Shown here: positions 46,132-55,084 of the stretch, one piece after another
Layout of the letters: each line of letters starts with the position of its first letter
Numbering within the stretch: position 1 is the first letter of the stretch
DNA from: a bacterium UBP2_UBA2255
GTDB taxonomy: Bacteria > Edwardsbacteria > AC1 > EtOH8
Length of the DNA: 64,000 nucleotides
Direction: 5' to 3'
Assembly (NCBI GenBank): GCA_002347565.1
Contig: DDXR01000075.1
Span: forward strand, 13,932 to 77,931
Notes under the pieces: generated by a model
What the model saw: only the letters and a program-made list of their open reading frames with translations
What the model was told of the DNA's origin: nothing
The model's database searches: none
Translations under genes and position numbers: made by a program

Positions 46132-47331
46132 TTATCTGGAGCGAGCGACCAGTCCGGCCACTTCGTCGAGAATGGTCCGCGCCAGGTCCTGCTTGGACTG
46201 CCGGCCGCAGCGCACCGGCTTCCGGCCCTTCCGGACCAGGACCGCATCGTTATCGTCGCTGCCCAGCGCGGACGCGCCGTTGGCGACGACCAGGTCGAGG
46301 CCCTTGGCCTTCAGTTTTTTCGTGGCGTTCGTCGCCAGGGCATCGGTCTCCAGCGCGAAGCCGACCAGAACGGTCCCTGCTTTCTTATGCACCGAAGCAT
46401 ACTTCAGGATGTCGGGGTTCTCTGCGAGTTCCAGCGTGGTCGTCCTGCCGGTCTTCTTGATCTTCCCGGCTGCGGCGTTCTTCGGCCGGTAGTCCGCCAC
46501 CGCCGCGGCCATCACCAGCGCCCTGTTGAGCGGCAGGTGCTTTTTGACCGCGGCCAGCATCTCCTCCGCGGTCCGCACCCGCACCAGCGTGCCGACCTCC
46601 GGGGCCGGGACATCCGACGGCCCGGTGATCAGGGTCACCAGCGCTCCGCGCAGCGCCGCGGCCCGCGCCAGGGCGTATCCCATCCTGCCGGACGAGCGAT
46701 TGGACAGGAAGCGCACCGGGTCGATCGGCTCCTCGGTGCGGCCGGCGGTGACCAGCACCCGGACACCCGCCAGGTCGTCGTTCCAGCCCAGCGCCCGCAG
46801 GATCGCGGCCTCGATCTCCGCCACCGGCGCCAGCCGGCCCCTGCCCTCGGCGCCGCAGGCCAAGCGGCCCTCGGCGGGGCCGACCATCGTCCAGCCGCGC
46901 GCGGCCAGCAGCCTGACGTTCTGCGCGACCGCGGGGTTGTCCCACATGTTCACGTTCATCGCCGGCGCGCAGACCGCCGGCGCCCGGCAGGCCATGATCA
47001 CCGTGGACAGCAGATCATCGGCGATGCCCTGCGCCGCTTTGCCGATGATGTTGGCCGTGGCCGGCACGATCGCCAGCACGTCGGCCGCGTCGGCCAGTGC
47101 CAGGTGTTCGATCTGCTGGGGCTTGGACCGCGGGAAGAGATCGACCGCCACCGGGTTGCCGGAGAGAGTCTCGAACGAGGCCGGACCCACCAGCTCGCAG
47201 GCGCTCCGGGTCATCACCGCGATGACGGCGACGCCCTTTTTGCGCAGGCGCGAGACGAGGTCGAGCGCCTTGTAGGCCGCGATCGACCCGCTGACGCCCA
47301 GCAGGACGGTCGGCTCAGGCCTGCTGGTCAT
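46132..47331 (-). CDS. coaBC: Bifunctional phosphopantothenoylcysteine decarboxylase / phosphopantothenate-cysteine ligase
   Basis: N-terminal flavoprotein motif VLLGVSGSIAAYKA. About 400 aa with two-domain layout. Confidence 0.95.
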   Translation of the reverse strand: MTSRPEPTVLLGVSGSIAAYKALDLVSRLRKKGVAVIAVMTRSACELVGPASFETLSGNPVAVDLFPRSKPQQIEHLALADAADVLAIVPATANIIGKAAQGIADDLLSTVIMACRAPAVCAPAMNVNMWDNPAVAQNVRLLAARGWTMVGPAEGRLACGAEGRGRLAPVAEIEAAILRALGWNDDLAGVRVLVTAGRTEEPIDPVRFLSNRSSGRMGYALARAAALRGALVTLITGPSDVPAPEVGTLVRVRTAEEMLAAVKKHLPLNRALVMAAAVADYRPKNAAAGKIKKTGRTTTLELAENPDILKYASVHKKAGTVLVGFALETDALATNATKKLKAKGLDLVVANGASALGSDDNDAVLVRKGRKPVRCGRQSKQDLARTILDEVAGLVARSR

Positions 47332-47515
47332 TCTTGAACATGACCGCGCCCTCGCTCATCCGCTCCAGCGACAGTGTGATCGGCTTGACCGTGATGTCAA
47401 TCCGGCCGGCCCGCCGCAGGTCGTTGAGCCGCCGCGATTCCTTCGCCGCCACCAGCACGGCCATGTACTTGTTCTCGACGCCGTTCAACAGCTTTTCGAT
47501 CGGGATGAAACCCAT
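47315..47515 (-). CDS. rpoZ: DNA-directed RNA polymerase omega subunit
   Basis: 66 aa. NKYMAVLVAAKESRRLN core. Position between gmk and coaBC. Confidence 0.85.
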   Translation of the reverse strand: MGFIPIEKLLNGVENKYMAVLVAAKESRRLNDLRRAGRIDITVKPITLSLERMSEGAVMFKNDQQA

Positions 47516-47615
47516 GGTGTCTCCTTTTTATTCATTGATTCCATTGTGAGAAAGGCTGTCCCACCTGAACGGACGAGGCGATCGGCCCGGCAAGGCTGGC
47601 CGCTGCAGCGAGTCC

Positions 47616-47709
47616 GTCATCCTGAGCGCGGCACCCTGTCCGGCAGGACGAGGGATCTCGGACCGGATTCTTCTCGGGCTCGGCTGCGATGCTCGTCTCG
47701 GGATGGCGG
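47616..47709 (+). repeat. Structured intergenic repeat, family R1 (subfamily B, GTCAyCCTGAG...GGGATGrC), copy E2
   Basis: GTCATCCTGAGCGCGGCACCCTGTCCGGCAGGACGAGGGATCTC...TCGGGATGGCGG in the 200-nt rpoZ-gmk gap. Confidence 0.5.
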
Positions 47710-47716
47710 GTGCCGT

Positions 47717-48331
47717 TCACCGCAGGTCGACGACCCGCCTGACGTCGTAGCGCGACAGCCGGCAGCGCTCGGCCTCGATGATGGCCCGCACCTGGGCCAC
47801 GGCGTCCTCGAACCGGTCGTTGACGATCACGTAGTCGAAGTCGCCGATCTCCTTCAGCTCCAGCCGGGCGCGGTTGAGCCGCTTCTTGATGACCTCCTCG
47901 CTGTCGGTGGCCCGGCCCCGCAGCCGTCGGGCCAGCTCGTCCAGCGAGGGCGGCAGCACGAAGATCGCCGCCGACTGCGGATAGAGCTTCTTGATGGAGC
48001 GGGCGCCCGCGGTGTCGATGTCCATGATGACGTCGGTGCCGCGGTCGATGCGGGACTCGATCTGCCGCTTGGGGGTGCCGTAGTAGTTGTCGTGGACCAT
48101 CGCCCACTCGGCGAATTCGTCGCGCTCCAGCATCCGCTCGAACTCCGCCACCGCCACGAAGTGGTAGTCCTGGCCGTCGACCTCGCACTCGCGCGGGGGT
48201 CGCGAGGTCACCGAGATCGAGTAGTGGATCTCGGGGTGGAGCTTGATGATCTCGCGCGACAGCGTCGTCTTGCCCCCGCCCGAGGGCGCGGACAGGATGA
48301 TGGGGAAGCCGGAGCGGGTCGATGTGTTCAT
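47717..48331 (-). CDS. gmk: Guanylate kinase
   Basis: P-loop LSAPSGGGKTT. ATG at 48331. The upstream part of the ORF lies in the promoter region. Confidence 0.95.
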   Translation of the reverse strand: MNTSTRSGFPIILSAPSGGGKTTLSREIIKLHPEIHYSISVTSRPPRECEVDGQDYHFVAVAEFERMLERDEFAEWAMVHDNYYGTPKRQIESRIDRGTDVIMDIDTAGARSIKKLYPQSAAIFVLPPSLDELARRLRGRATDSEEVIKKRLNRARLELKEIGDFDYVIVNDRFEDAVAQVRAIIEAERCRLSRYDVRRVVDLR

Positions 48332-48433
48332 TCTGGCAGCATCGGTTCGTTCGAGGTCGTGCGGCGACAGCCTATTGTACCATAAAAGCCCCTGGCAACA
48401 AAATGGTTTTTCGCAAGCGCCGCCCAAACTGAT

Positions 48434-48462
48434 ATTATAGTTTTTCCCGGATGATTTTGCAA
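48434..48462 (-). promoter_or_regulatory. Sigma70-like promoter TTGCAA-17-TATAAT (minus strand) for the gmk-rpoZ-coaBC... operon
   Basis: Minus-strand TTGCAA (48462-48457), 17-nt spacer, TATAAT (48439-48434), in an AT-rich divergent intergenic region. Confidence 0.5.
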
Positions 48463-48480
48463 GGTTTTATTGCATAGCGA

Positions 48481-48510
48481 TTGTCAACTCCGGCCAATTT
48501 GTGGTACAAT
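48481..48510 (+). promoter_or_regulatory. Sigma70-like promoter TTGTCA-18-TACAAT (with TGn) for ispE
   Basis: TTGTCA 48481-48486, TGG then TACAAT 48505-48510. The ATG at 48521 is 10 nt beyond the -10 (near-leaderless). Confidence 0.45.
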
Positions 48511-48520
48511 CGGCGTGCTT

Positions 48521-49399
48521 ATGAACACCATATCGGCCACCGCCCCCGCCAAGCTCAACCTGACCTTGGAGGTCCTGGGCCAGCGACCCGACGGCTACCA
48601 CGAGATCCGCTCGGTGTTCCTCGCCGTGTCGCTGGCGGACGAGCTGTGGTTCGCGCCGCGCGGCGACGGCCGGATCGTGCTGGATTGCAACGACCCCCAC
48701 CTCCCGGTCGATGAGCATAATCTGGTCGTCAAGGCGGCGCTGCTGTTGCGGACCACCTCTGGATTACCGGCGGCGACCGGCGCCAGCATCACGGTCAGGA
48801 AGAACATTCCCGTCGGCGCCGGGCTGGGCGGCGGCTCTTCTGACGCGGCGGCATCCCTGCTGGCCCTCAACCGGCTGTGGGACGCCGGCGCGTCGCCCGA
48901 CGAGCTGGCCCGGATGGGGGCGGACGTCGGTTCGGACGTCCCGTTCTTCATCCTGGCCCGCAGCGCGCTGGTCAGCGGCCGGGGCGAGCTGATCGCACCG
49001 GCCGCCTTCCCCCGGCCCTACCACTTCGTCCTAGTCTACCCAGGGTTTCCCGTCTCGACGGCCTGGGCCTACCGCGCCCTCAGATTGGAATTGACAAAAC
49101 GGCCGGAATATAGTAAAATGCTGCTATCGCGCTGTTTGGCCGGCGCCCCGCCGGACGAGATCGCGGGTCTGTTGCACAACGATTTTGAGCCGACGGTGGC
49201 CGCGCGGCATCCCAATGTGGCCCGCGCCAAGCAGGACCTGCTGCGGGCCGGCGCCTGCGGCGCCCTGATGTCGGGCAGCGGTTCCGCGGTGTTCGGCATC
49301 TTCCCCGACCGGGTGTCGTCGCTGGGCGCGCTGGAAGCCGTCCGGCCCTCCTGGCCGGAAAGCCACGCGGCCGAGAGCGCAGGACCGCCCCCAGAATAA
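48521..49399 (+). CDS. ispE: 4-diphosphocytidyl-2-C-methyl-D-erythritol kinase
   Basis: APAKLNLTLEV N-terminus. GHMP motif PVGAGLGGGSSDAAA. Confidence 0.9.
   Translation: MNTISATAPAKLNLTLEVLGQRPDGYHEIRSVFLAVSLADELWFAPRGDGRIVLDCNDPHLPVDEHNLVVKAALLLRTTSGLPAATGASITVRKNIPVGAGLGGGSSDAAASLLALNRLWDAGASPDELARMGADVGSDVPFFILARSALVSGRGELIAPAAFPRPYHFVLVYPGFPVSTAWAYRALRLELTKRPEYSKMLLSRCLAGAPPDEIAGLLHNDFEPTVAARHPNVARAKQDLLRAGACGALMSGSGSAVFGIFPDRVSSLGALEAVRPSWPESHAAESAGPPPE
49091..49119 (+). promoter_or_regulatory. Promoter-like TTGACA-17-TAAAAT inside the ispE coding region
   Basis: TTGACA 49091-49096, 17-nt spacer, TAAAAT 49114-49119, within a locally AT-richer patch ~430 nt upstream of tRNA-Gln/prs. 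Confidence 0.3.
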
Positions 49400-49553
49400 G
49401 AGTCCGGACGGAACCCCGGACACCGATAGTTGACAGGTTGCCGCGCCCCGCATCCGCTGCGGAGCACCTCCATGCGGCTCCATGCCTGACTCATCCAGGC
49501 GCCGGCGGTCAGCTTTTTTTGTTTCCGCGGCGCGGCCCCGGTCGCGAAGGTTT

Positions 49554-49627
49554 TCGGGGGTCGTTCAATGGTAGGACACCAGCCTTTGGAGCTGAGGATC
49601 GGGGTTCGAGTCCCTGCCCCCGAGCCA
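49554..49627 (+). tRNA. tRNA-Gln (anticodon UUG), CCA encoded
   Basis: Hand-folded: TCGGGGG/TC/GTTC-AATGGTA-GGAC/A/CCAGC-CTTTGGA-GCTGA/GGAT/CGGGG-TTCGAGT-CCCTG/CCCCCGA/GCCA. U1:A72 and G73 as in E. coli tRNA-Gln. One C27:A43 mismatch. Confidence 0.9.
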
Positions 49628-49686
49628 CCGCCGACCGGCGCGCCGGACGCACCCACCGAGCCACAAACACAGACGCGAGACGTACC

Positions 49687-50625
49687 ATGAACGGCCAACT
49701 GAAGATCTTCTCCGGCTCGGCCAACGCCGACCTGACCCGGGAGATCTGCGCCGACATCGGCTGCCAGATGGGCGACTGCACCATCTCGCGCTTCTCGGAC
49801 GGCGAGCTGCGGATCAAGATCAACGAGAACATCCGCGGGGCCGACGTTTTCATGGTGCAGCCCACCTTCGCCCCGGCCGACCACCTGATGGAGCTGCTGA
49901 TCCTGATCGACGCCGCCCGCCGCGCCTCGGCCCGGCGCATCACGGCGGTGATCCCCTACTTCGGCTACTCGCGCCAGGAACGCAAGGACCAGCCGCGGGT
50001 GCCGATCTCAGCCAAGCTGGTGGCCAACCTGATCACCACCGCCGGGGCCGGCCGGGTGCTGACGCTGGACCTGCACGCCGAGGCCATCCAGGGCTTCTTC
50101 GACATCCCGGTGGACCACCTGTATTCCGGGCCGGTGCTGTTCAAGCACTTCAACAGCTTGGGCACCGAGAACTTCGTGGTGGTGGCGCCGGACACCGGCG
50201 GCGCCAACCGGGCCCGGGCCTTCGCCAAGCGGCTGGGAGACATCCCGCTGGCCTTCATCGACAAGCGCCGGCCCGGCCCCAACCGGGTCGAGATCATGAA
50301 CGTGATCGGCGACGTCCAGGGCAAGCATTGCCTGATCGTCGACGACATCATGGACACCGCCCGCACCATCACCGAGGTGGCCGGGGTGATCAAGGGCAAG
50401 GGCGCCGAGGACATCTACGCCTGCGCCTCGCACGCGGTGCTGTCGGGCAACGCCATCGAGAACATCCGCAACTCGCCGCTGAAGGAGGTGGTGGTGACCA
50501 ACACCATCCCGCTGCCGCCCTCCAAGCGGATCGACAAAATCAAGGTGCTGTCCATCGCCAAGCTGCTGGGCGAGGCCATCAACCGCATCCACAAGGAGGA
50601 ATCGGTCAGCAGCCTGTTCGAATAA
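49687..50625 (+). CDS. prs: Ribose-phosphate pyrophosphokinase
   Basis: MNGQLKIFSGSAN N-terminus. PRPP-binding loop CLIVDDIMDTARTI. Confidence 0.95.
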   Translation: MNGQLKIFSGSANADLTREICADIGCQMGDCTISRFSDGELRIKINENIRGADVFMVQPTFAPADHLMELLILIDAARRASARRITAVIPYFGYSRQERKDQPRVPISAKLVANLITTAGAGRVLTLDLHAEAIQGFFDIPVDHLYSGPVLFKHFNSLGTENFVVVAPDTGGANRARAFAKRLGDIPLAFIDKRRPGPNRVEIMNVIGDVQGKHCLIVDDIMDTARTITEVAGVIKGKGAEDIYACASHAVLSGNAIENIRNSPLKEVVVTNTIPLPPSKRIDKIKVLSIAKLLGEAINRIHKEESVSSLFE

Positions 50626-50682
50626 CGCCCCATCCGACGCAACGCGCACACATCACACCACCCATAAGAGGAACGCACCCCC

Positions 50683-51360
50683 ATGCATGAAGTGACCCTC
50701 GTTGCCCGCCGCCGCGAGCAGATCGGCAAGGAGCACGCCAAGAAGCTGCGCCGCGGCTCCCAGGTGCCCGCCGTGGTCTACGGGCACGGCAAGCCGGCCA
50801 TCTCCATCACCGTCGATTGCCAGGACCTGCTGCCGCTGTTCGGGGCCGGCGCCGGCGACAACACCATCATCACCCTCAAGGTTGACGGCGCCGCACAGGA
50901 GCTGAAGGCGATCATCCGAGAGATCCAGACCGAGCCCCTCTACAACAAGCTGGTCCACATCGATTTCCAGGAGATCCTGCTGACCGAGAAGATCAAGGTG
51001 CCGGTGCACATCCACCTGGCCGGCGAGGCCCCCGGGATCAAGGAAGGCGGGATCATCGAGCACATCCTGCATTCGGTCGAGGTGTCGTGCCTCCCGGCCG
51101 ACATCCCGGATAAGATCGTGCTCGACGTCAGCGGACTGCGCCTGGGGCACACCCTGCACATCTCGGACATCACAGCCGACAAGTTCGAGGTGCTGGGCGC
51201 CCCCACCCAGCCGATCGTCTCGGTGATCGCGCCGCGGGCCGCAGAGGAGTCCGTCGCAGCGCCGGTCGCGGCAGAGGCCCCGGCCGAACCGGAGCTGGTC
51301 GGCCGCAAGAAGAAGGAAGGCGCGGAGGAAACAGAGGCCGAGACCAAGGAGAGCAAGTAA
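50683..51360 (+). CDS. rplY: 50S ribosomal protein L25 / general stress protein Ctc
   Basis: N-terminal R..GK..AKKLRR.G.VPAVVYG pattern. Acidic/lysine-rich tail. Confidence 0.9.
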   Translation: MHEVTLVARRREQIGKEHAKKLRRGSQVPAVVYGHGKPAISITVDCQDLLPLFGAGAGDNTIITLKVDGAAQELKAIIREIQTEPLYNKLVHIDFQEILLTEKIKVPVHIHLAGEAPGIKEGGIIEHILHSVEVSCLPADIPDKIVLDVSGLRLGHTLHISDITADKFEVLGAPTQPIVSVIAPRAAEESVAAPVAAEAPAEPELVGRKKKEGAEETEAETKESK

Positions 51361-51373
51361 CCGGCACCCGGAC

Positions 51374-51943
51374 GTGGCCGCATCCTGGTGCATCGCCGGC
51401 CTGGGCAATCCGGGCAGGGACTACGCCGCCACCAGGCACAACCTGGGGTTTCGGGTGGTGGACGAGCTGGCCGGCTCCCACGGGGGGCGCTGGATCTCGC
51501 GCCGCGCCTACGACCACTGCGAGCTGGCGGGTCTGAATGTCCTGCTGGTCAAACCAATGACCTACATGAACGCCAGCGGCCCCGCACTGCGCCAGTTCCT
51601 GGCCTACCGCAACATCGGACCCGACCGCCTGGTGGTGGTCTGCGACGACCTGCACCTGCCGCTGGGCAGCCTCAGGCTCCGTGCCGCTGGATCGGACGGC
51701 GGCCACAACGGCCTGCGGTCGGTGATCGAAGCCATGGGCGGCGGTGGTTTCCCCAGGCTGCGGATGGGCCTCGGACGCAACCCGGCCGGCGTCGATTCCG
51801 CAGACTACGTGCTGTCCCCATTCCCCCGCCCGGAGGCGGCGGCAGTGCGTGACATGATCTCCCGCGCCGCCAACGGCCTGGAATGCCTTGCCAACCAGGG
51901 CCTGGCCCTGGCCATCAGCGCCATCAATCAGAACAAACAATAA
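51374..51943 (+). CDS. pth: Peptidyl-tRNA hydrolase
   Basis: GLGNPGRDYAATRHNLGF motif. Confidence 0.95.
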   Translation: MAASWCIAGLGNPGRDYAATRHNLGFRVVDELAGSHGGRWISRRAYDHCELAGLNVLLVKPMTYMNASGPALRQFLAYRNIGPDRLVVVCDDLHLPLGSLRLRAAGSDGGHNGLRSVIEAMGGGGFPRLRMGLGRNPAGVDSADYVLSPFPRPEAAAVRDMISRAANGLECLANQGLALAISAINQNKQ

Positions 51944-51957
51944 AGGAGCCCTGCACG

Positions 51958-52320
51958 GTGAACGCCTACGAGACAGTCATCATCATCGACCCCTCCGCCG
52001 ACGACGCCGGCATCGAGCGGCAGATCGAGAAGATCACCGGCCTGATCGCCGGGCACGGCGGCCAGATGGTCAACGTCGCCCGCTGGGGCAAGCGCAAAAT
52101 GACCTACCGCATCAACAACCGGCAGGAAGGTCAGTACGTCTGCCTCCAATTCAACGCGCCGGCCGCGGCCCCGCGCGAACTTGACCGGCAGCTGCGGCTG
52201 GACGAGAGCATCATCCGGCACCTGATCATCCGCGGCCACATCCAGGAGAACGCGCCGCTGGCCCCGGCCGAGGCCCCGGCCGTTGCCGCCCCAGAGGCCA
52301 AGGAAGCGGCCGCTGTCTGA
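51958..52320 (+). CDS. rpsF: 30S ribosomal protein S6
   Basis: GTG at 51958 preceded by AAGGAG. NAYETVIIIDPS... and KMTYRINN...GQYV pattern. Confidence 0.9.
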   Translation: MNAYETVIIIDPSADDAGIERQIEKITGLIAGHGGQMVNVARWGKRKMTYRINNRQEGQYVCLQFNAPAAAPRELDRQLRLDESIIRHLIIRGHIQENAPLAPAEAPAVAAPEAKEAAAV

Positions 52321-52359
52321 CGCGCCTTCATCCGACCGTTGCTTGCGAGGAACCGATCC

Positions 52360-52809
52360 ATGACTGAGCTGCGCCTGGCCGAACTGAACCGCGTGTTCCT
52401 GGTGGGACGGCTGACCCGGGACCCCGAGGTCCGCCAGACAACCGCCGGCACCCCCGTGGCCAACTTCACCATCGCCGTCAACCGCCGCTACAAGAACGCG
52501 GCCGGCGATTGGAAGGACGAGACCACCTTCGTCGGCATCGTCGCCTGGCAGAAATTGGCCGAGCTGTGCAAGCAATACCTGGCCAAGGGCCGGGCGGTGC
52601 TGGTCGAGGGCAAGTTGCAGAGCCGCAGCTGGGAGACCGAGGACGGCCAGAAACGCTCGATGCTGGAGGTGCGGGCCGACCGGGTCGAGTTCCTGGACCG
52701 CGGCGACTCCCGCCCCGGAGCCGACGCCGGACCGGCTGCCGACGCCGCCGATGCGCCGGCCGCCCCGTCGCCCGGCGCCCCGCCGGTCGACGACGACCTC
52801 CCCTTCTGA
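52360..52809 (+). CDS. ssb: Single-stranded DNA-binding protein (canonical, with acidic tip)
   Basis: OB fold (LNRVFLVGRLTRDPEVR...), a Pro/Ala-rich linker and the C-terminal DDDLPF tip. Confidence 0.9.
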   Translation: MTELRLAELNRVFLVGRLTRDPEVRQTTAGTPVANFTIAVNRRYKNAAGDWKDETTFVGIVAWQKLAELCKQYLAKGRAVLVEGKLQSRSWETEDGQKRSMLEVRADRVEFLDRGDSRPGADAGPAADAADAPAAPSPGAPPVDDDLPF

Positions 52810-52823
52810 CCTGACGCCACCGC

Positions 52824-53225
52824 ATGAAAGCGACCACCATGTCCGAACTGAGAATGCCCACGCTCAACCGGGTGCTGCTGTCCGGCCGGCTGACCCGCGA
52901 TCCCGAGCTGAAGTTCACCGCCGGGGGCACCGCCGTCTGCAATTTCTCGCTGGCGGTCAACCGGCGCTACAAGGACCAGGGCGGCCAGTGGCGCGACGAG
53001 ACCACCTTCATCAACGTGGTCACCTGGCACAAGGCTGCCGAGACCGTCAACAAGTTCCTGCACAAGGGCAGCCCGGTGATCGTCGAGGGCCGGCTGGAGA
53101 GCAGGAGCTGGGAGACCGAGGCCGGCCAGAAGCGCAGCGTGATCGAGGTCCGGGCCGACCAGGTGCGGTTCCTGGAGAAGAGCGAATCCTCCCCCGACGA
53201 CGCCCCGCCCGAGCAGCCCGAGTGA
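52824..53225 (+). CDS. SSB paralog lacking the C-terminal acidic tip
   Basis: OB fold is very similar to the upstream ssb (LNRVLLSGRLTRDPELK...ESRSWETEAGQKRSVIEVRADQVRFL). Ends ...DDAPPEQPE with no D-D-D-(I/L)-P-F. Confidence 0.8.
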   Translation: MKATTMSELRMPTLNRVLLSGRLTRDPELKFTAGGTAVCNFSLAVNRRYKDQGGQWRDETTFINVVTWHKAAETVNKFLHKGSPVIVEGRLESRSWETEAGQKRSVIEVRADQVRFLEKSESSPDDAPPEQPE

Positions 53226-53289
53226 CCGCGGTGGCCGGCCGTAAAACCGCAAACAGCATGCTACAATAAAACACCACAAGGACCGATCA

Positions 53290-53556
53290 ATGATCAAACG
53301 CAAACCGAGGACCGAGCGTGGCGGCACCCGCGAACGCAAGACGATGCACCGCAAGGAATGCAAGTTCTGCGTCGAAAAGGTGTCCGTCATCAACTACAAG
53401 GACGACAAGCGGCTGCGGCACTTCATGACCGAGCGCGGCAAGATCGTGCCCCGGCGGATCTCGGGCACCTGCGCCCGGCACCAGCGGCTGCTGACCGCGG
53501 CGGTCAAGCGGGCCCGGCACCTGGCCCTGTTGCCCTTCGTCGTCGAGTACCGCTGA
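53290..53556 (+). CDS. rpsR: 30S ribosomal protein S18
   Basis: CKFC...INYKD...[18 protein letters not shown] pattern. Confidence 0.95.
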   Translation: MIKRKPRTERGGTRERKTMHRKECKFCVEKVSVINYKDDKRLRHFMTERGKIVPRRISGTCARHQRLLTAAVKRARHLALLPFVVEYR

Positions 53557-53578
53557 CGACGACGAGGAGCGAAACGAC

Positions 53579-54022
53579 ATGAAAGTGATTCTGACGCAGG
53601 ACATCCCCACGCTGGGCGCCAAGACCGACGTGGTCGACGTCAAGCCCGGGTTCGCCCGCAACTACCTGATCCCCCAGGGCAAGGCCCTGCCCGCCTCCGA
53701 CGCCAACCTCAAGCGTCTGCAGCAACGGATCAAGCACGACGGACTGAGGCTCAACCGCGACAAGGCCAAGGCCGAGGAGCTGGCCAAGAAGCTGTCCGAG
53801 GTCTCCTGCACCGCGGCGGTCCAGGCCGGCGAGGACGACAGGCTGTTCGGCTCGGTGACCCCGGCCGACATCGCCGGGCTGCTGGCCGGACAGGGACTGG
53901 ACATCGACAAGCGCCGCATCCTGCTGGAGGAGCCGATCAAGCAGCTGGGCGTCTACAACATCCCGATCAAACTTCATCAGGACGTGGAGGCCATCATCAA
54001 GCTATGGGTAGTGCGCCAATAA
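53579..54022 (+). CDS. rplI: 50S ribosomal protein L9
   Basis: MKVILTQDIPTLGAKTDVVDVKPGFARNYLIPQGKA N-terminus. Confidence 0.95.
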   Translation: MKVILTQDIPTLGAKTDVVDVKPGFARNYLIPQGKALPASDANLKRLQQRIKHDGLRLNRDKAKAEELAKKLSEVSCTAAVQAGEDDRLFGSVTPADIAGLLAGQGLDIDKRRILLEEPIKQLGVYNIPIKLHQDVEAIIKLWVVRQ

Positions 54023-54480
54023 AACTGACCGCGCTCCTCAAGCACGGCCAGATCAACCTGTCGCTTAAGGCGACCACCCGGGACGGGGTGCTGCGTGAGC
54101 TGCTGGCCCTGTCCGCCCTGGGCGAGAAGGCCCAGCAGATCCTGCTGGTCAACCTCAAGCAGCGCGAGGAGCTCGGCTCGACCGGCATCGGCAAGGGTGT
54201 GGCCATCCCCCACTGCCGCTCCCTGATGCTGAACTCGCTGACCCTGCTGGCCGGCCGGGCCAAGGCCGGCGTGGAGTTCGACGCCATCGACAAGAAGCCG
54301 GTCCGGCTGTTCTTCCTGATCATCGCGCCGCCCCACGATCCCCAGAACCAGTACCTGATCCTCCTGGGGCAGATCGCCCAGCTGGCCAAGCAGATCACCG
54401 CCGGCGACGCCCTGTTCACCGTTGATGACCCCCAGCAGTTCATCGATCGCATCGGCGAACTCGAGAAGAACGCCAAATAG
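54004..54480 (+). CDS. ptsN: PTS EIIA-type-2 domain protein (PtsN / EIIA-Ntr-like)
   Basis: ...GSTGIGKGVAIPHCR... phosphorylatable His context. About 155 aa. Overlaps the rplI 3' end by 19 nt. Confidence 0.75.
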   Translation: MGSAPIKLTALLKHGQINLSLKATTRDGVLRELLALSALGEKAQQILLVNLKQREELGSTGIGKGVAIPHCRSLMLNSLTLLAGRAKAGVEFDAIDKKPVRLFFLIIAPPHDPQNQYLILLGQIAQLAKQITAGDALFTVDDPQQFIDRIGELEKNAK

Positions 54481-54495
54481 AACGGGCATCCGACC

Positions 54496-54846
54496 ATGAT
54501 CCAGCCACAAACCGAGCTGCTGGTGGCACTCAACCACCTGGAGCTGATGATCCACGAGGCCACCGACGAGGCCCCCAAGCTCAAGGCCATGGGATTCAAG
54601 ATCGACGGCCTGGAGCAGCTGCAGAAGGCCCAGGCCGACCTGGAGAAGCAGCTGGAGCCGGCAGTCCTCAAGCAGTACCAGCGCCTCCAGCAGCGCAGCG
54701 GCCGGCCAGTGGTCCCGGTGATCAACGGCAACTGCTGCGGCTGCTACATCAAGATCCCCACCGCAGTCGCCAGCGACGCCGCCAAGAACCGGACCCTGGC
54801 CACCTGCGGCAACTGCGGACGCTTCCTGTACTGGCCCTCCGAATAA
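54496..54846 (+). CDS. Coiled-coil plus C4 zinc-ribbon protein (short COG1579-like)
   Basis: Helical N-terminus. C-terminal CCGCYIKIP...CGNCGRFLYW. Confidence 0.55.
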   Translation: MIQPQTELLVALNHLELMIHEATDEAPKLKAMGFKIDGLEQLQKAQADLEKQLEPAVLKQYQRLQQRSGRPVVPVINGNCCGCYIKIPTAVASDAAKNRTLATCGNCGRFLYWPSE

Positions 54847-54875
54847 CCCCGACCAACACTAAGAAAGACCGACTC

Positions 54876-55067
54876 ATGCCACGCACCTGTTTCTTCTGCG
54901 GCAAGGGCGTCGATTTCGGGCATTCCATCAGCCACGCCAACAACGTCGGGCCCCGGCGCTGGAACCCCAACCTTCAGACCGTCAAGGCCATGGTCGACGG
55001 CAAAGCCAAGCGGATCGACGTCTGCACCCGCTGCATCCGCTCCGGCAAGGTCCAGAAGGCCAAATGA
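54876..55067 (+). CDS. rpmB: 50S ribosomal protein L28
   Basis: MPRTCFFCGKGVDFGHSISHANN... pattern. 63 aa. Confidence 0.95.
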   Translation: MPRTCFFCGKGVDFGHSISHANNVGPRRWNPNLQTVKAMVDGKAKRIDVCTRCIRSGKVQKAK

Positions 55068-55084
55068 CCCGGCCGCGCCACCCA

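Noticed and set aside
49400-49553. Possible small RNA between ispE and tRNA-Gln (TTGACA at 49431; GC palindrome plus T7 run near 49497-49520).
   Set aside because: There is no acceptable -10 box at the right spacing and only a weak stem before the T run. More likely this region holds the ispE terminator and the tRNA leader.
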